NCBI GenBank assembly: GCA_044222045.1
Contig: JBGAOB010000003.1
Location: forward strand, 780-64,779
Direction: 5' to 3'
DNA length: 64,000 nt
From: Candidatus Eiseniibacteriota bacterium
GTDB taxonomy: Bacteria; Eisenbacteria; RBG-16-71-46
The notes below the pieces were generated by a model. It had not been told where the DNA came from and did not search any database. It saw nothing but the letters and a program-made list of their open reading frames with translations. Position numbers and translations under genes: made by a program. Every line of letters starts with the position of its first letter. The stretch's first letter is position 1. Positions 38,872-48,662 of the stretch are shown one piece after another.

Positions 38872-41595
38872 ATGCCCTTCTGCTCCCAGTGTGCCCAGCC
38901 GCTCGTCGGCACCGTGAAGTTCTGCCCGGCGTGCGGCTCCGCCGTGGTGGCGCCCGCCGTTGCCGCGGCCGGGGGCACCGCCGCGGCTGTCAGCGAGGAC
39001 GTCACGCGGACGTCGGCCACTTCGGCCGCGTCGCCACCGTCGTCGTCGGGTTCCGACCACGGCCGCTTCGAGCCCGGGACGCGGCTCGGCACGCGCTACC
39101 GCATCGTGGCGCTCCTCGGTCGTGGCGGCATGGGCGAGGTGTACCGCGCCGACGACCTGGAGCTGGGGCAGTCCGTCGCGCTCAAGTTCCTCCCGCCGGG
39201 CATCGCGTCCGACCCGCGCGAACTCGCGCGCTTCCGCAACGAAGTGCGCGTGGCGCGCCAGATCGCGCACCCGAACGTGTGCCGCGTGTACGACATCGGC
39301 GAAGTCGACGGGCACGTGTTCCTGTCGATGGAGTACATCGACGGTGAAGACCTGTCGGCGGTGCTGCGCCGCATGGGCCGCCCCACCGAAGACAAGGCCG
39401 TCGAGATCGCGCGCCAGGTGGCGCTGGGGCTGGCAGCGGCGCACGAAGCCGGCATGCTGCATCGCGACCTGAAGCCCGCGAACATCATGATCGACGGCCG
39501 CGGCCGCGCCCGGATCACCGACTTCGGCCTCGCGGGCCTCGCGGTGGAACTCGCGCGCGGTGGCCAGATCGCGGGCACGCCGGCGTACATGGCGCCCGAA
39601 CAGTTCGCCGACGGCACGGTGTCGGTGCGTTCCGACGTCTATTCGCTCGGCCTGGTGCTGTACGAGTTGTTCACGGGCAAGCGCGCGTTCGACGCCAAGA
39701 CGGCGGCCGAACTTCGTGATCAGCACGACTCCAGCTCCATCACCTCGCCCTCCATGCTCGCGCGTGGCATCACGCCCGCCGTGGAGCGGCTGATCCTGCA
39801 CTGCCTGGAGCGCGAGCCCGACCGCCGCCCGCCGTCGGCGTACGCGGTGCTCGGTGCGTTGCCCGGAGGCGATCCGCTCGCGGCCGCGATGGCCGCCGGC
39901 GAGACGCCCTCTCCCGAGCTCGTCGCGAACGCCGCCGATCGCGGCGGTCTCCACCCGGCCGTGGCCGCGGGGCTCCTCGCGCTGGTGGGCACCGCGCTGG
40001 CGGTCGGCGCATGGCTGCTCGCGCCGGAGTTCGCGCCGCTGACGAAGGCGCCGTCCGCGCTCGAGGTGCGGGCCGAGGACGTGCTGCACAAGGCCGGCGT
40101 GTTCGACGAACTGCCGCCGTTCGTGGCGGGCACGTTCTCGATGAACAACGCGTGGCTCGACTGGCGCATGGCCCATCCGAAGGCGGCGGCGCGGTCGAAC
40201 CCCGCGGTGTTCTACTGGCGGCGCTGGTCGCCGCGGCTGATCGAATCGCCGCGCATCCACGCCGAGATCCCGGGGGTCACGCAACCTGCGCTGCTCGGGA
40301 ACAGTTCCGCGATGGTGCTGCTCACGCCGGAGGGCAAGCTGATCGGGCTGCGGGCCGAGCCGCCCGACAGCCTGCCCGCGCGCAACGGTGGCCGGCCCGA
40401 CTGGAACGGCTGGTTCGCCGCGTTCGGCATGGACTCCGCCGCGTACACGCCGGTCGCGCTCGCGCGCCCCGTGCCCGCGTTGTGCGACAGCGCCATGGCG
40501 TGGCGCGGGCCGTCGCCCTGGAACGCCGCCGACACCGCCACCGTGCAGATGGGCGCCTCGCGCGGGCGGCTCACGCACTTCACGGTGGTGAGCCCGTGGG
40601 GCGTGCCCGTGACGCCCGTGGACGTGGTGCGGCCCGAGAAGCGCCAGGCCACCGAACTCCCGCTCGAGCTGCTGTTCGACGTCCTGCCCTACGTGCTCTC
40701 GGTGATCTTCGCCATGCGCAACCTGCGGCTGGGGCGCGGCGACTGGCGGGGCGCCACGCGGATCGCCGTGTTCGTGTTCTTCATGAACGTGGGTGAAGGG
40801 TTGTTCGCCACGCGATTGTCCGAGGTGGGGATCGTCGGCGTGCTCGGCGACCTGTTCTCGGGTCGCGCGCAGGGCCATTCGCTGATCCACGCGGTCGGCA
40901 TGTGGTTCGCCTACGTGGCGCTGGAGCCCTACGTGCGGCGGTTGTGGCCGCGCGTACTCGTGTCGTGGACGCGGCTGCTCACCGGGCGGTTCCGCGATCC
41001 GCTCGTGGGCCGCGACCTGCTCGTCGGCACCGCGCTGGGCGCGACGTTGTCCACGCTGGGCGTGGCCACGTTCGCCCTGGCGCCGAAACTCGGACTCGGC
41101 CAAGTGTCTGCACTCTCGTCGAACGGCATGTTCGAGTCGATCGGCAGTGCCGGCTACACCAGTGTGAGCATGTGTTACGCGGGGTCGATCTGCGTGCTGA
41201 ACGTGCTGCAGGGCCTGTTCCTGCTGCTGGTGGCGCGGCTGCTCACCCGGCGCACGGACCTGGCGCTGGTCCTGGGCGGGGCGCTGTTCCTGTTCGGCAC
41301 GGCCTCGGCGCTCGCCCCGGACTTCGGGTGGAAGCTGGGGCTGGTCTACGCGGTCTGGACCACCATCGGCATGCTCGTCGTGATCCGCGTCGGGCTGCTG
41401 GCCACGGTGGCCGGCGCGTTCGCCGGGCTGGTGCTCGGCGGCACGGCGGCGACGCTCGACTTCGGTTCGTGGTACGCCGGGCTCGTGCTGCTGCCGATGG
41501 CGCTGCTGCTCGGCATCGCCGCTTACGGCGCGGCGACCGCGCTCGCGGGCAAGTCGATCCTCGGCGATCCGCTGGAGGACGTTGGCAAGCGCTGA
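38872..41595 (+). CDS. Ser/Thr protein kinase with N-terminal zinc-ribbon and large polytopic membrane C-terminal region
   Basis: 907-aa ORF. CSQC...CPAC zinc ribbon, GRGGMGEVYRA, ALKFL, HRDLKPANIM, DFGLAG, GTPAYMAPEQ. Then TM, ~220-aa loop and about 8 further TM helices. Confidence 0.85.
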   Translation: MPFCSQCAQPLVGTVKFCPACGSAVVAPAVAAAGGTAAAVSEDVTRTSATSAASPPSSSGSDHGRFEPGTRLGTRYRIVALLGRGGMGEVYRADDLELGQSVALKFLPPGIASDPRELARFRNEVRVARQIAHPNVCRVYDIGEVDGHVFLSMEYIDGEDLSAVLRRMGRPTEDKAVEIARQVALGLAAAHEAGMLHRDLKPANIMIDGRGRARITDFGLAGLAVELARGGQIAGTPAYMAPEQFADGTVSVRSDVYSLGLVLYELFTGKRAFDAKTAAELRDQHDSSSITSPSMLARGITPAVERLILHCLEREPDRRPPSAYAVLGALPGGDPLAAAMAAGETPSPELVANAADRGGLHPAVAAGLLALVGTALAVGAWLLAPEFAPLTKAPSALEVRAEDVLHKAGVFDELPPFVAGTFSMNNAWLDWRMAHPKAAARSNPAVFYWRRWSPRLIESPRIHAEIPGVTQPALLGNSSAMVLLTPEGKLIGLRAEPPDSLPARNGGRPDWNGWFAAFGMDSAAYTPVALARPVPALCDSAMAWRGPSPWNAADTATVQMGASRGRLTHFTVVSPWGVPVTPVDVVRPEKRQATELPLELLFDVLPYVLSVIFAMRNLRLGRGDWRGATRIAVFVFFMNVGEGLFATRLSEVGIVGVLGDLFSGRAQGHSLIHAVGMWFAYVALEPYVRRLWPRVLVSWTRLLTGRFRDPLVGRDLLVGTALGATLSTLGVATFALAPKLGLGQVSALSSNGMFESIGSAGYTSVSMCYAGSICVLNVLQGLFLLLVARLLTRRTDLALVLGGALFLFGTASALAPDFGWKLGLVYAVWTTIGMLVVIRVGLLATVAGAFAGLVLGGTAATLDFGSWYAGLVLLPMALLLGIAAYGAATALAGKSILGDPLEDVGKR

Positions 41596-41633
41596 GAGCC
41601 AAGCGTCCACGTATGGACTCCGGGAGGTGCACG

Positions 41634-42428
41634 ATGTCGGGGACCCACGGCCAACTGCGATTCGAGCGCTGCAGCGTACCGAGCGCCGATCTGAGTCACG
41701 ACCTCCAGGAACTCAGCATCCGGATCTGGGGAACGAGCGAACGAGACGCACTGCCCGCGTGGAAGATCATGGTGACGCCACGCATCGGTGGTGAACTGGC
41801 GGTCGCTTTCGCGGATGAGCGGCCCGTGGGACTCGCGCTGTGCACTTTCGCCGAGCGAGCCGGAGTGCCCTACCTCTACCTGGACATGATCGGCGTGGAG
41901 GCGAGCACCCAGGGCTCGGGTATCGGCGCCAGCCTGATGCAGGTCGTGGTGGACGCCGCCCGTCAGAGGGGGCTGGGATGCGTCGAGTGGACGTTTGACC
42001 CGCTCGAGGGCGCGAATGCGAATCTCTACCTGCGAAAGCTGGGCGGCGTGGGTGTGCACTTCTACGCGAACTACTACGGGCAGCTCTCGGGTGAGCGTCA
42101 GCGAACCGGGCCGACGGACAGACTGCTCGTGAGACTCACGATCGACGGAGTCCGGCCGCAAGCGAATCGGCCACTCCCCAGGACCGTCGTGTCGATCGAG
42201 TCCGGGCTGGAACCCGGCTGGGGAGATTCCGCGCCCTCGCCGATCGGGCTGGCCTTCCCCGTTGCATTCGCCGAGCTCCTACATCGTGACCCGGAAGCCG
42301 GCGCCGGCGTTCGCGCGCGTTCCGCCGAGTGTCTCGAGCGGTTGGTGAACGAGCAGGGATTCTCGGTCACCGGATTCGTTCGAGGCGAAAGCAGGAACGT
42401 CTACGTGCTGGAGAAGCAGGCGAGCTGA
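41634..42428 (+). CDS. GNAT-family acetyltransferase-like protein
   Basis: ATG 41634 after GGGAGG. ...YLDMIGVEASTQGSGIGASLMQVVVDAARQRGLGCVEWTFDPLEGANANLYLRKLGG looks like the acetyl-CoA binding core (Q/R-x-x-G-x-G/A). Family call from memory. Confidence 0.6.
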   Translation: MSGTHGQLRFERCSVPSADLSHDLQELSIRIWGTSERDALPAWKIMVTPRIGGELAVAFADERPVGLALCTFAERAGVPYLYLDMIGVEASTQGSGIGASLMQVVVDAARQRGLGCVEWTFDPLEGANANLYLRKLGGVGVHFYANYYGQLSGERQRTGPTDRLLVRLTIDGVRPQANRPLPRTVVSIESGLEPGWGDSAPSPIGLAFPVAFAELLHRDPEAGAGVRARSAECLERLVNEQGFSVTGFVRGESRNVYVLEKQAS

Positions 42429-42600
42429 CACGACACGTCGGTCGCATTCCCCTCGGTAGGTCGGGCCCGCGGGGCCGTTCCTGAAGGACTCCGGGAAGCG
42501 CCGAGTCGTCCGCACGGGCGGGATCGGATGGTGCCCAGCGAGCGATTCTGAAGCTCCCGGGCGGAGAGAGCGCTTCCCGCCAAGGGGCAGCCATCGCCCC

Positions 42601-45459
42601 CTACTCCACCGGCCCGAGCCAGCGCTCGAACCACGCGAGCGATTCCTTGATCAGGTCCACCTTGGGCACGGTGTGGCCGCGCGGGTACGTGATCCGGCGC
42701 TTGTGCTCCGCCGGTGCGCCGAGCAGCTCGAACATCGGGATCTGCGACGTTTCGGCCGGGAAGAAGAAGTCCAACTCGCCGTTCAGCATGAGCGTGGGCT
42801 GCACGACGCGCGGCGCGTAGTGCACGGCTTCCACCTCGGGCAGCGCCCGTTGGAAGCACAGCCCCGCCACGTAGAGCACGTTCGCCCGGATGCGTTTCTC
42901 CACCGCCGGCAGGATCGAGCCCAGCGCGCCGCCCCAGCTGGTGCCGAAATAGCCCACACGGCCGGCGTCGAGATCCGGGCGGGTCTCCACGTAGTCGATC
43001 GCGCGGCCGAGGTCCCGCGCCCACATGATCACGTGGTCCTTGTAGAAGGCGGAGGGCTCGGGGTAGTCCGAGGTCAGCGCGTCGCCGCGCTCGTAGGTGG
43101 ACTTGTAGATCGGCAGCAGCAACGCGCGGCCGCTCTTGACGATCCAGTCCACGCGCTGGACCTCGGCGAGGTTGAACGTGCGGGTGTGCAGCGCGAGCGA
43201 ACCGGGAAACAGCACGACCGTCGAGTACGGCGGCCGGCCACGCGCGGGCAGGAACAGGTGCAGCTGCATGCGCTCGCCGCCGTAGGCCGCCGCGACGTCG
43301 ATGGTCTGCCAGCGGCCTGCCGGCGCGAACGGCTCGTCGGCGACGACCTTCGCGTCGAGCGGCGTGCGGTCGTAGTGGAACTGGCGCAGGAAGAACGCGA
43401 ACACCTCGTCGGACACGGGCGGTTCGGCGCGGAAGTCGCGCGTGACGTACTCGATCGCGCGCTCGAGCCGCGACTGGTTCGGATCCGGAGCGAGCGAACG
43501 GATGCAGCGGAAGCCGTTCGTGGGCGAGCGATCGAACGCCGGCTGCCCGTACGCGTCGACGAACGCGTAGCCGGGATCGTTCCAGCCCCCGCCCAGGATG
43601 AAGCGCTGGCCGGTGGTCCCGACCGGGTTCTGGATCCACTCGCGCACGTTGCCCGCGAGGTCGTGCACGCCGAAGCGGTTCACGCTGCGCGTGCTGCCCA
43701 CGGGCACCGTGCCGCGGCCCGACAGGTTCGCGAGCGGCGCGATGAGGGCACTCGAGAACGTCATCGCCACGCGGTTCCAGTGGAACAGCGTCGGCAGCGC
43801 CTTGTCCGCCCACGCGGCGTAGGCCGCGGCCTCGTACCAGCACACGCCGGCGACGGGGTGCTCGCCCTCTCCCGCGGGGTATTCGCCCATCTCCCAGGTC
43901 GCGGGGCCCGGCTGCCCGACCGCGTCGGTGCAGTGCGCGATCACCTCGGCCGGCGAGAGCGGGCGCCCGCCGAGTGTGGCCGGCTCGCGCCAGAACTCCT
44001 CCCGCGCGTACCCGCCCGCGTCCACGAAACGCTTGTACTCGCGATGCGTCACCGGGTGTCGATCCATGAGGAACGCGCCCGTGTGTTCCGTGTCGAGGTG
44101 ATCGAGTCCCGGCATGTAGATGGCGAACCCGCCGGGCGGCACTTCCTCCATCTCGTCGGGGATCTCACCGGGTCGGTGCAGCACGTAGCGCCATGTCGGC
44201 GAGTCGGCCTCCGTCGCGTTCGTGAGGCCCTTCGTGAGGTTCAGCACCACGTCGTGCGCGGTGCGGTGGCCGGCCAGCGCGAGTTCGAGCCGCGTGACCC
44301 CGCGCGGGTAGGCGAGCCCCTCGAGCGGCGTCACGCCGAACGCGATGCGCTCGCCGTCGGGATCGCCGTAGAAGCAGGCGGACACCGTGGCGCCGGGCGG
44401 GTCGGAGTGGATCGACACGGGCAACGAGAACTCGGGCCGAAGACGTTCGAGCAGCGCATCGCCGGGCGCGAGCTTCTCGATCTCCCGCGCCAGCACGAAC
44501 GCGTTCCACGAGTCGGCGCCCTCCTCCATCACCAGGATGCGCTCGCAGATCCGGGCCAGCTCCGGCAGCCCTTCGTCGTACGGCCACCGCTGCAGCGCGA
44601 CCAGCGCGTCGCGCAGGTCGGCCGCGCTCGGGTATCGCCGCGCCGGGTCCTTCTCCAGGCAGCGCGCCACGATGGTGTCGAGCCCGCGAGGCATCGCCGC
44701 GTTCACGCGGGAGGGCGCGTCCGGCTTCTCGCTCGCCATGGCGCCGAGTCGCGTGAGCGCGTCGTGGCCGCGGAACGGCCGCCGGCCGGTCGCCATTTCG
44801 TGGAGCACGCACCCGAACGAGAACAGGTCGCTGCGCTCGTCGGCCTCGCGGCCCTCGAGCTGCTCCGGCGCCATGTAGGGGAACGTGCCGACGATCGCTC
44901 CGGCCGTGGTGAGTGGCTGGTTCACGGTGGCGAGCTGGCTCAGGTCCCCCTCGGCCGGGCGCGGCAGCGCCGGCGCGGCAAGGCCGAAATCGAGCAGCTT
45001 CACGCCGGATTCGGTGAGCATCAGGTTCGCCGGCTTGAGGTCACGGTGCACGAGGCCGGCGCGGTGCGCCTCGGCCAGCGCGCTCGCGGTCTGCACGGCG
45101 TTCGTCAGCAGCCGAGCCACCGGCAGCGGGCCCTGCTCCAGCCGGGCCGCGAGTGTCTCGCCCTCGATCACTTCCATCACCAGGAAGTCGACACCGCTGC
45201 CCCCGGCCTCGCCCGGAGCCCGGCCGATGTCGTAGAGGGTGCAGATGTGCGGATGGTTGAGGGCGGACGCCGTCCTGGCCTCCCGCTCGAACCGCGCCCG
45301 CGCGTCGGCGTCGTCGGACAGGTGACGAGGCAGCACCTTCACGGCGACGTCGCGTCCCAGGCGCGTGTCCTTCGCGCGGTACACCTCCCCCATGCCGCCC
45401 GCGCCGAGCGGGGCGACGACTTCGTAGGGACCGAGCCGCGTGCCGGGAGTCAGGGACAT
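42601..45459 (-). CDS. multidomain Ser/Thr kinase: kinase, PEGA-like, FGE-sulfatase (SUMF1-like), alpha/beta-hydrolase (S9/DLH-like)
   Basis: 952-aa ORF. GAGGMGEVYRA, HRDLKPANLM, DFGLA, PYMAPEQ. PEGA-like SDPPGATVSA...GVTPLEG. FGE-like HPVAGVCWYEAAAYAAWADKALPT..HW...GNVREW. Hydrolase GYFGTSWGGALG nucleophile elbow. No TM helix seen. Confidence 0.85.
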   Translation of the reverse strand: MSLTPGTRLGPYEVVAPLGAGGMGEVYRAKDTRLGRDVAVKVLPRHLSDDADARARFEREARTASALNHPHICTLYDIGRAPGEAGGSGVDFLVMEVIEGETLAARLEQGPLPVARLLTNAVQTASALAEAHRAGLVHRDLKPANLMLTESGVKLLDFGLAAPALPRPAEGDLSQLATVNQPLTTAGAIVGTFPYMAPEQLEGREADERSDLFSFGCVLHEMATGRRPFRGHDALTRLGAMASEKPDAPSRVNAAMPRGLDTIVARCLEKDPARRYPSAADLRDALVALQRWPYDEGLPELARICERILVMEEGADSWNAFVLAREIEKLAPGDALLERLRPEFSLPVSIHSDPPGATVSACFYGDPDGERIAFGVTPLEGLAYPRGVTRLELALAGHRTAHDVVLNLTKGLTNATEADSPTWRYVLHRPGEIPDEMEEVPPGGFAIYMPGLDHLDTEHTGAFLMDRHPVTHREYKRFVDAGGYAREEFWREPATLGGRPLSPAEVIAHCTDAVGQPGPATWEMGEYPAGEGEHPVAGVCWYEAAAYAAWADKALPTLFHWNRVAMTFSSALIAPLANLSGRGTVPVGSTRSVNRFGVHDLAGNVREWIQNPVGTTGQRFILGGGWNDPGYAFVDAYGQPAFDRSPTNGFRCIRSLAPDPNQSRLERAIEYVTRDFRAEPPVSDEVFAFFLRQFHYDRTPLDAKVVADEPFAPAGRWQTIDVAAAYGGERMQLHLFLPARGRPPYSTVVLFPGSLALHTRTFNLAEVQRVDWIVKSGRALLLPIYKSTYERGDALTSDYPEPSAFYKDHVIMWARDLGRAIDYVETRPDLDAGRVGYFGTSWGGALGSILPAVEKRIRANVLYVAGLCFQRALPEVEAVHYAPRVVQPTLMLNGELDFFFPAETSQIPMFELLGAPAEHKRRITYPRGHTVPKVDLIKESLAWFERWLGPVE

Positions 45460-45767
45460 GCGCCTGTCGAGGTCAGGGTCGAGGACATCCGGCTCCGGTG
45501 CACGACCGGGCCGGCAGCGAAGTGCGGTTCCCGTCAGCCGGAGGCGCGCCGCCCGTTCGCGCCGGACAATCCGACGCCCAAGGTGATCGGAAACCGGGCC
45601 CCGCGCCCCGCGCAGGCGACGACTCGTGGCGAAGTCGGCTGAGCAGGCGGATACGAAGGTCGAAGGACGTTACCCGAACCGGTCGGCGGCGAACATGGGA
45701 AACCCCGCGGCGGCGCCGGGAGCACGTCCCGGGACCGGCCGTCCGCGCGGGGGCGGGGCCCCGTCGC

Positions 45768-46994
45768 CTAGTGCAACCGCACGACGCGAGCCGACACGCG
45801 GCCCGCTTCGGTGACCGCGCTGGCGAGGTATACGCCCGGCGCCACCGGTTGCCCGTTCGCCCCGCGCCCGCTCCACGCGAGCGCCTGCTCGCCCGCCGGG
45901 GCGCTGCCGTCCCACAGCGTCGCCACCACGCGGCCGCTCACGTCGTGCACTCGGACGCGCGCATGCCCCGCGCGCGGCAGCGTCAACAGCAGGCGAACGA
46001 CGCCGCTCGAGGGCTGTGCTCCGTTCACCGCGAGACGGAGCCCATTCGCGGCCGGCGAGGTCGGGGCCGCGGCCGTGGAGAAGCGCATCCGGTACACCTT
46101 GTCGGCCGTGAAATCGCTCACGAACAGCGCGTCACCGGGGCCGAACTCGATGTGCCAGACCGATTGGAAGCCGCTCGCGAGCGTATCGATGGAACTGGCG
46201 CTGTTCACGCGCAGGATCCGCGTCCCGGCCCCCACGTAGACGGACGTTCCCCACGCGCCGCCGCCGCCGATGGCCAGTCCGCTCCCGGCGATGCCCGTGG
46301 ACAGGGTGCTCAACAGCGTGCCCGTGGGGCTGTAGCGGCGGATCGCGTTGACGGTCGTGTTGCGCAGCACGATCTCGCCCGTCACCGGGTGCACGGCGAT
46401 GTCGCGGTAGCTGGTGCCCGGCGAAAAGAACACGCTGGGCGTGCCGCCGCTCAGTTGCCGCACGGCGCCCGTGCCTTCGAAGTCGGTGAACAGCATCCGA
46501 CCGGCGCCGTCGATCACGAAGTCCGACGGGTTCACGATCACCGCGTTCGGACCCGCCAGCGCCACGACGCTCTGGTCGGGACGGATCGCGCTGACCACGC
46601 CGGTGGTGGAGCCCGCCGGCCGCCCGCCGACGATCACGGAGCCGGCGACGCCGCTGTACGCGCCGGTGGCGTCGAAGGTGATCGCGTCGGGGTCCCACGT
46701 GGCGCGCAGGCCGTACTCGCTGTGCGAGCCGCCGCCCGGCGGAATGCGATGGATGCGCACGGAGTCGGCGTTGCCGCCGCCGCTGCCGGCGTTGTCGCGC
46801 CCCACGTACAACGTTCCGTCGGGTGCGAAGACGAGCCCTGCGGGGTCGGGCAGCGAGTCGTACACGGTGATCGCGAAGCCGGCGCCGGTGGGCACCGCGG
46901 CCGCGGGATCCGCCGAGAGCATCAGGGGGACGCTGGTGGCCGTCGCGACGAGGAGCACGGCAACGCATGACTTCCGGGAACGCTGGGCCGACAT
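45768..46994 (-). CDS. secreted beta-propeller-like protein with C-terminal sorting-like domain
   Basis: ATG 46994 after GGAGG. Signal ...CVAVLLVATATSVPLMLSA. GLVFAPDGTLYVG-type strands. Ends PGVYLASAVTEAGRVSARVVRLH. Confidence 0.75.
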   Translation of the reverse strand: MSAQRSRKSCVAVLLVATATSVPLMLSADPAAAVPTGAGFAITVYDSLPDPAGLVFAPDGTLYVGRDNAGSGGGNADSVRIHRIPPGGGSHSEYGLRATWDPDAITFDATGAYSGVAGSVIVGGRPAGSTTGVVSAIRPDQSVVALAGPNAVIVNPSDFVIDGAGRMLFTDFEGTGAVRQLSGGTPSVFFSPGTSYRDIAVHPVTGEIVLRNTTVNAIRRYSPTGTLLSTLSTGIAGSGLAIGGGGAWGTSVYVGAGTRILRVNSASSIDTLASGFQSVWHIEFGPGDALFVSDFTADKVYRMRFSTAAAPTSPAANGLRLAVNGAQPSSGVVRLLLTLPRAGHARVRVHDVSGRVVATLWDGSAPAGEQALAWSGRGANGQPVAPGVYLASAVTEAGRVSARVVRLH

Positions 46995-47132
46995 GGTGCG
47001 CCTCCGTCCGAGGGAAAGGGGCTCCGGCCAGCCACGTCGTGCGCGGCCGTCGTGACGGCACCCCACACCCCTCCAACGTTCGAGGCCCCCGGCCGCGAAC
47101 GGACTTTCTCGCGGGAGGCCCTTCCCGGCCGG

Positions 47133-47702
47133 CTAGAAGCCGCGGTCGAACGTGCCGAGCCGCACCTCGAGCCCGGCGAAGAACGCATCGCGTCCCACCA
47201 GGTAGCCCAGCTGTGTCCGCGTTCCCACGCCGTGGCCGGCGAGGCCGCAGCAGAGGGCGAGTCGCGCGTTCGGGCGCGGCTTGTACTGCGCGTCGGCATG
47301 GTTCCAGAAGCCCAGCACGGCTTCGGTGTAGATCTCGGGAGCCGCTCCGAACATCCTCCAGCTCTCGGGTGGGTCGGAGACGAGGTTGCAACCCACGTTC
47401 ACGGGGAACAGCAACTCGATCAGGGAGTGCCCTTCGTTCATCGACTTCGGCCGGCCGAAGCCGTCGAGCGGGGTCACCCCCACGCGCAGACGCCCGAGCA
47501 CGCACGTCACGGTGCCGAGCCGTCCGGAGATGGCCCCGACATCGTCACGACTCTCGTAGAGCCCACCGAGCGCGAGTCCCTCCACCCGCACGAACCGGCT
47601 GGGTGCTTCCCCGGGGCGCGGCGGTCCGCCGAGGAACCTCGCCGCCGAAGCCGACCCCGTCAGCAGAAACAGAGCGAGCATGATCCACACCGCGCGACGC
47701 AT
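47133..47702 (-). CDS. small secreted protein, possibly an outer-membrane beta-barrel (C-terminal Phe)
   Basis: ATG 47702 after GGGAGG. Signal MRRAVWIMLALFLLTGSASA. Alternating Gly/aromatic strands. Ends ...EVRLGTFDRGF. Confidence 0.5.
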   Translation of the reverse strand: MRRAVWIMLALFLLTGSASAARFLGGPPRPGEAPSRFVRVEGLALGGLYESRDDVGAISGRLGTVTCVLGRLRVGVTPLDGFGRPKSMNEGHSLIELLFPVNVGCNLVSDPPESWRMFGAAPEIYTEAVLGFWNHADAQYKPRPNARLALCCGLAGHGVGTRTQLGYLVGRDAFFAGLEVRLGTFDRGF

Positions 47703-47752
47703 GCGACCCTCCCGATGACTTCCTGTGCCTGGGCTGCGAACCGAGTGCTGCG

Positions 47753-48412
47753 TCAGCCCGTCGCCCGCTCGCTGCGCAGCAAGACGAAGCCGAGCCCGAT
47801 GAACCACACGATCTGGCCAAGACCGAAAACCGCCGCGAGTACGCTCAGCGCGGGGACGACGGACAGCAGCGCGACGGCGGCGATGGCGAGGCCGAGGACC
47901 CTCAACGCCCGGGGCAGCGCGCGGGCCCTTGCCGCGGCGAGGCACACCAGCAGCATCCAGGCGCCGCCCACGATCTCGCCGTTGCCGCTCAGCCCCGAAG
48001 AGACGGCGTCGATCGCCGCCCAGAGCGCCGCGGCCTCGACGGGATTCTTCCCGCTCATCGCGACGACGGGCGCGATGCCGACGTTGAAGATCATGCCGCT
48101 GGCGATGAGCAACCCTGCCCAGATCACTGCGATCGGCGTGGCGACCGACATGAGCGCCGTCGCTCCGGGAGCGATTCGTTGGTGCAACGTCATGGCCAGC
48201 AGCACGAGGCAGAGGCCGAAGAGCACGTACACCACGAACTCCATTGCATACATGCTGTCCCGGTGTGCGATCAGCGCCGCCAACTTCTGCGCGGGATCCA
48301 CGAGGCCGGGGGCATTCACCACCAGCAGGAAGTACGGCATCGCCGCCAGGTAGGCCGCCGCCAGGTAGAGGGCGGCCACGCCACCCGCCTTCGAGAGGCT
48401 GTTCACGCGCAT
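47753..48412 (-). CDS. integral membrane protein (DUF4386-like)
   Basis: In-frame ATG 48412. About 6 TM helices (AALYLAAAYLAAMPYFLLVV, FVVYVLFGLCLVLLAM, ...). Family call is tentative. Confidence 0.55.
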   Translation of the reverse strand: MRVNSLSKAGGVAALYLAAAYLAAMPYFLLVVNAPGLVDPAQKLAALIAHRDSMYAMEFVVYVLFGLCLVLLAMTLHQRIAPGATALMSVATPIAVIWAGLLIASGMIFNVGIAPVVAMSGKNPVEAAALWAAIDAVSSGLSGNGEIVGGAWMLLVCLAAARARALPRALRVLGLAIAAVALLSVVPALSVLAAVFGLGQIVWFIGLGFVLLRSERATG

Positions 48413-48662
48413 CTCCCACGCCGAATCGGCTCGCCGGCAGGAGGGCGCACCACGCGCGCACCTACGGCCGCGGACAGGGCTCGCGATTCGTGACCGGGAG
48501 CCTACGTCCGCGCCCGAACGACGCCCAGAGTCGAGCGTGCTGTCCGCCTCCCGGCGGAGAGCGGCGCCGCGTCGGAACTGCGCCGGCGGATGCATGTCGG
48601 CGCCCCGCAGGCGAACGACGGGGAGCGGCACGCGGGCGGCCGCAGTCCCCCACGACGACGTC

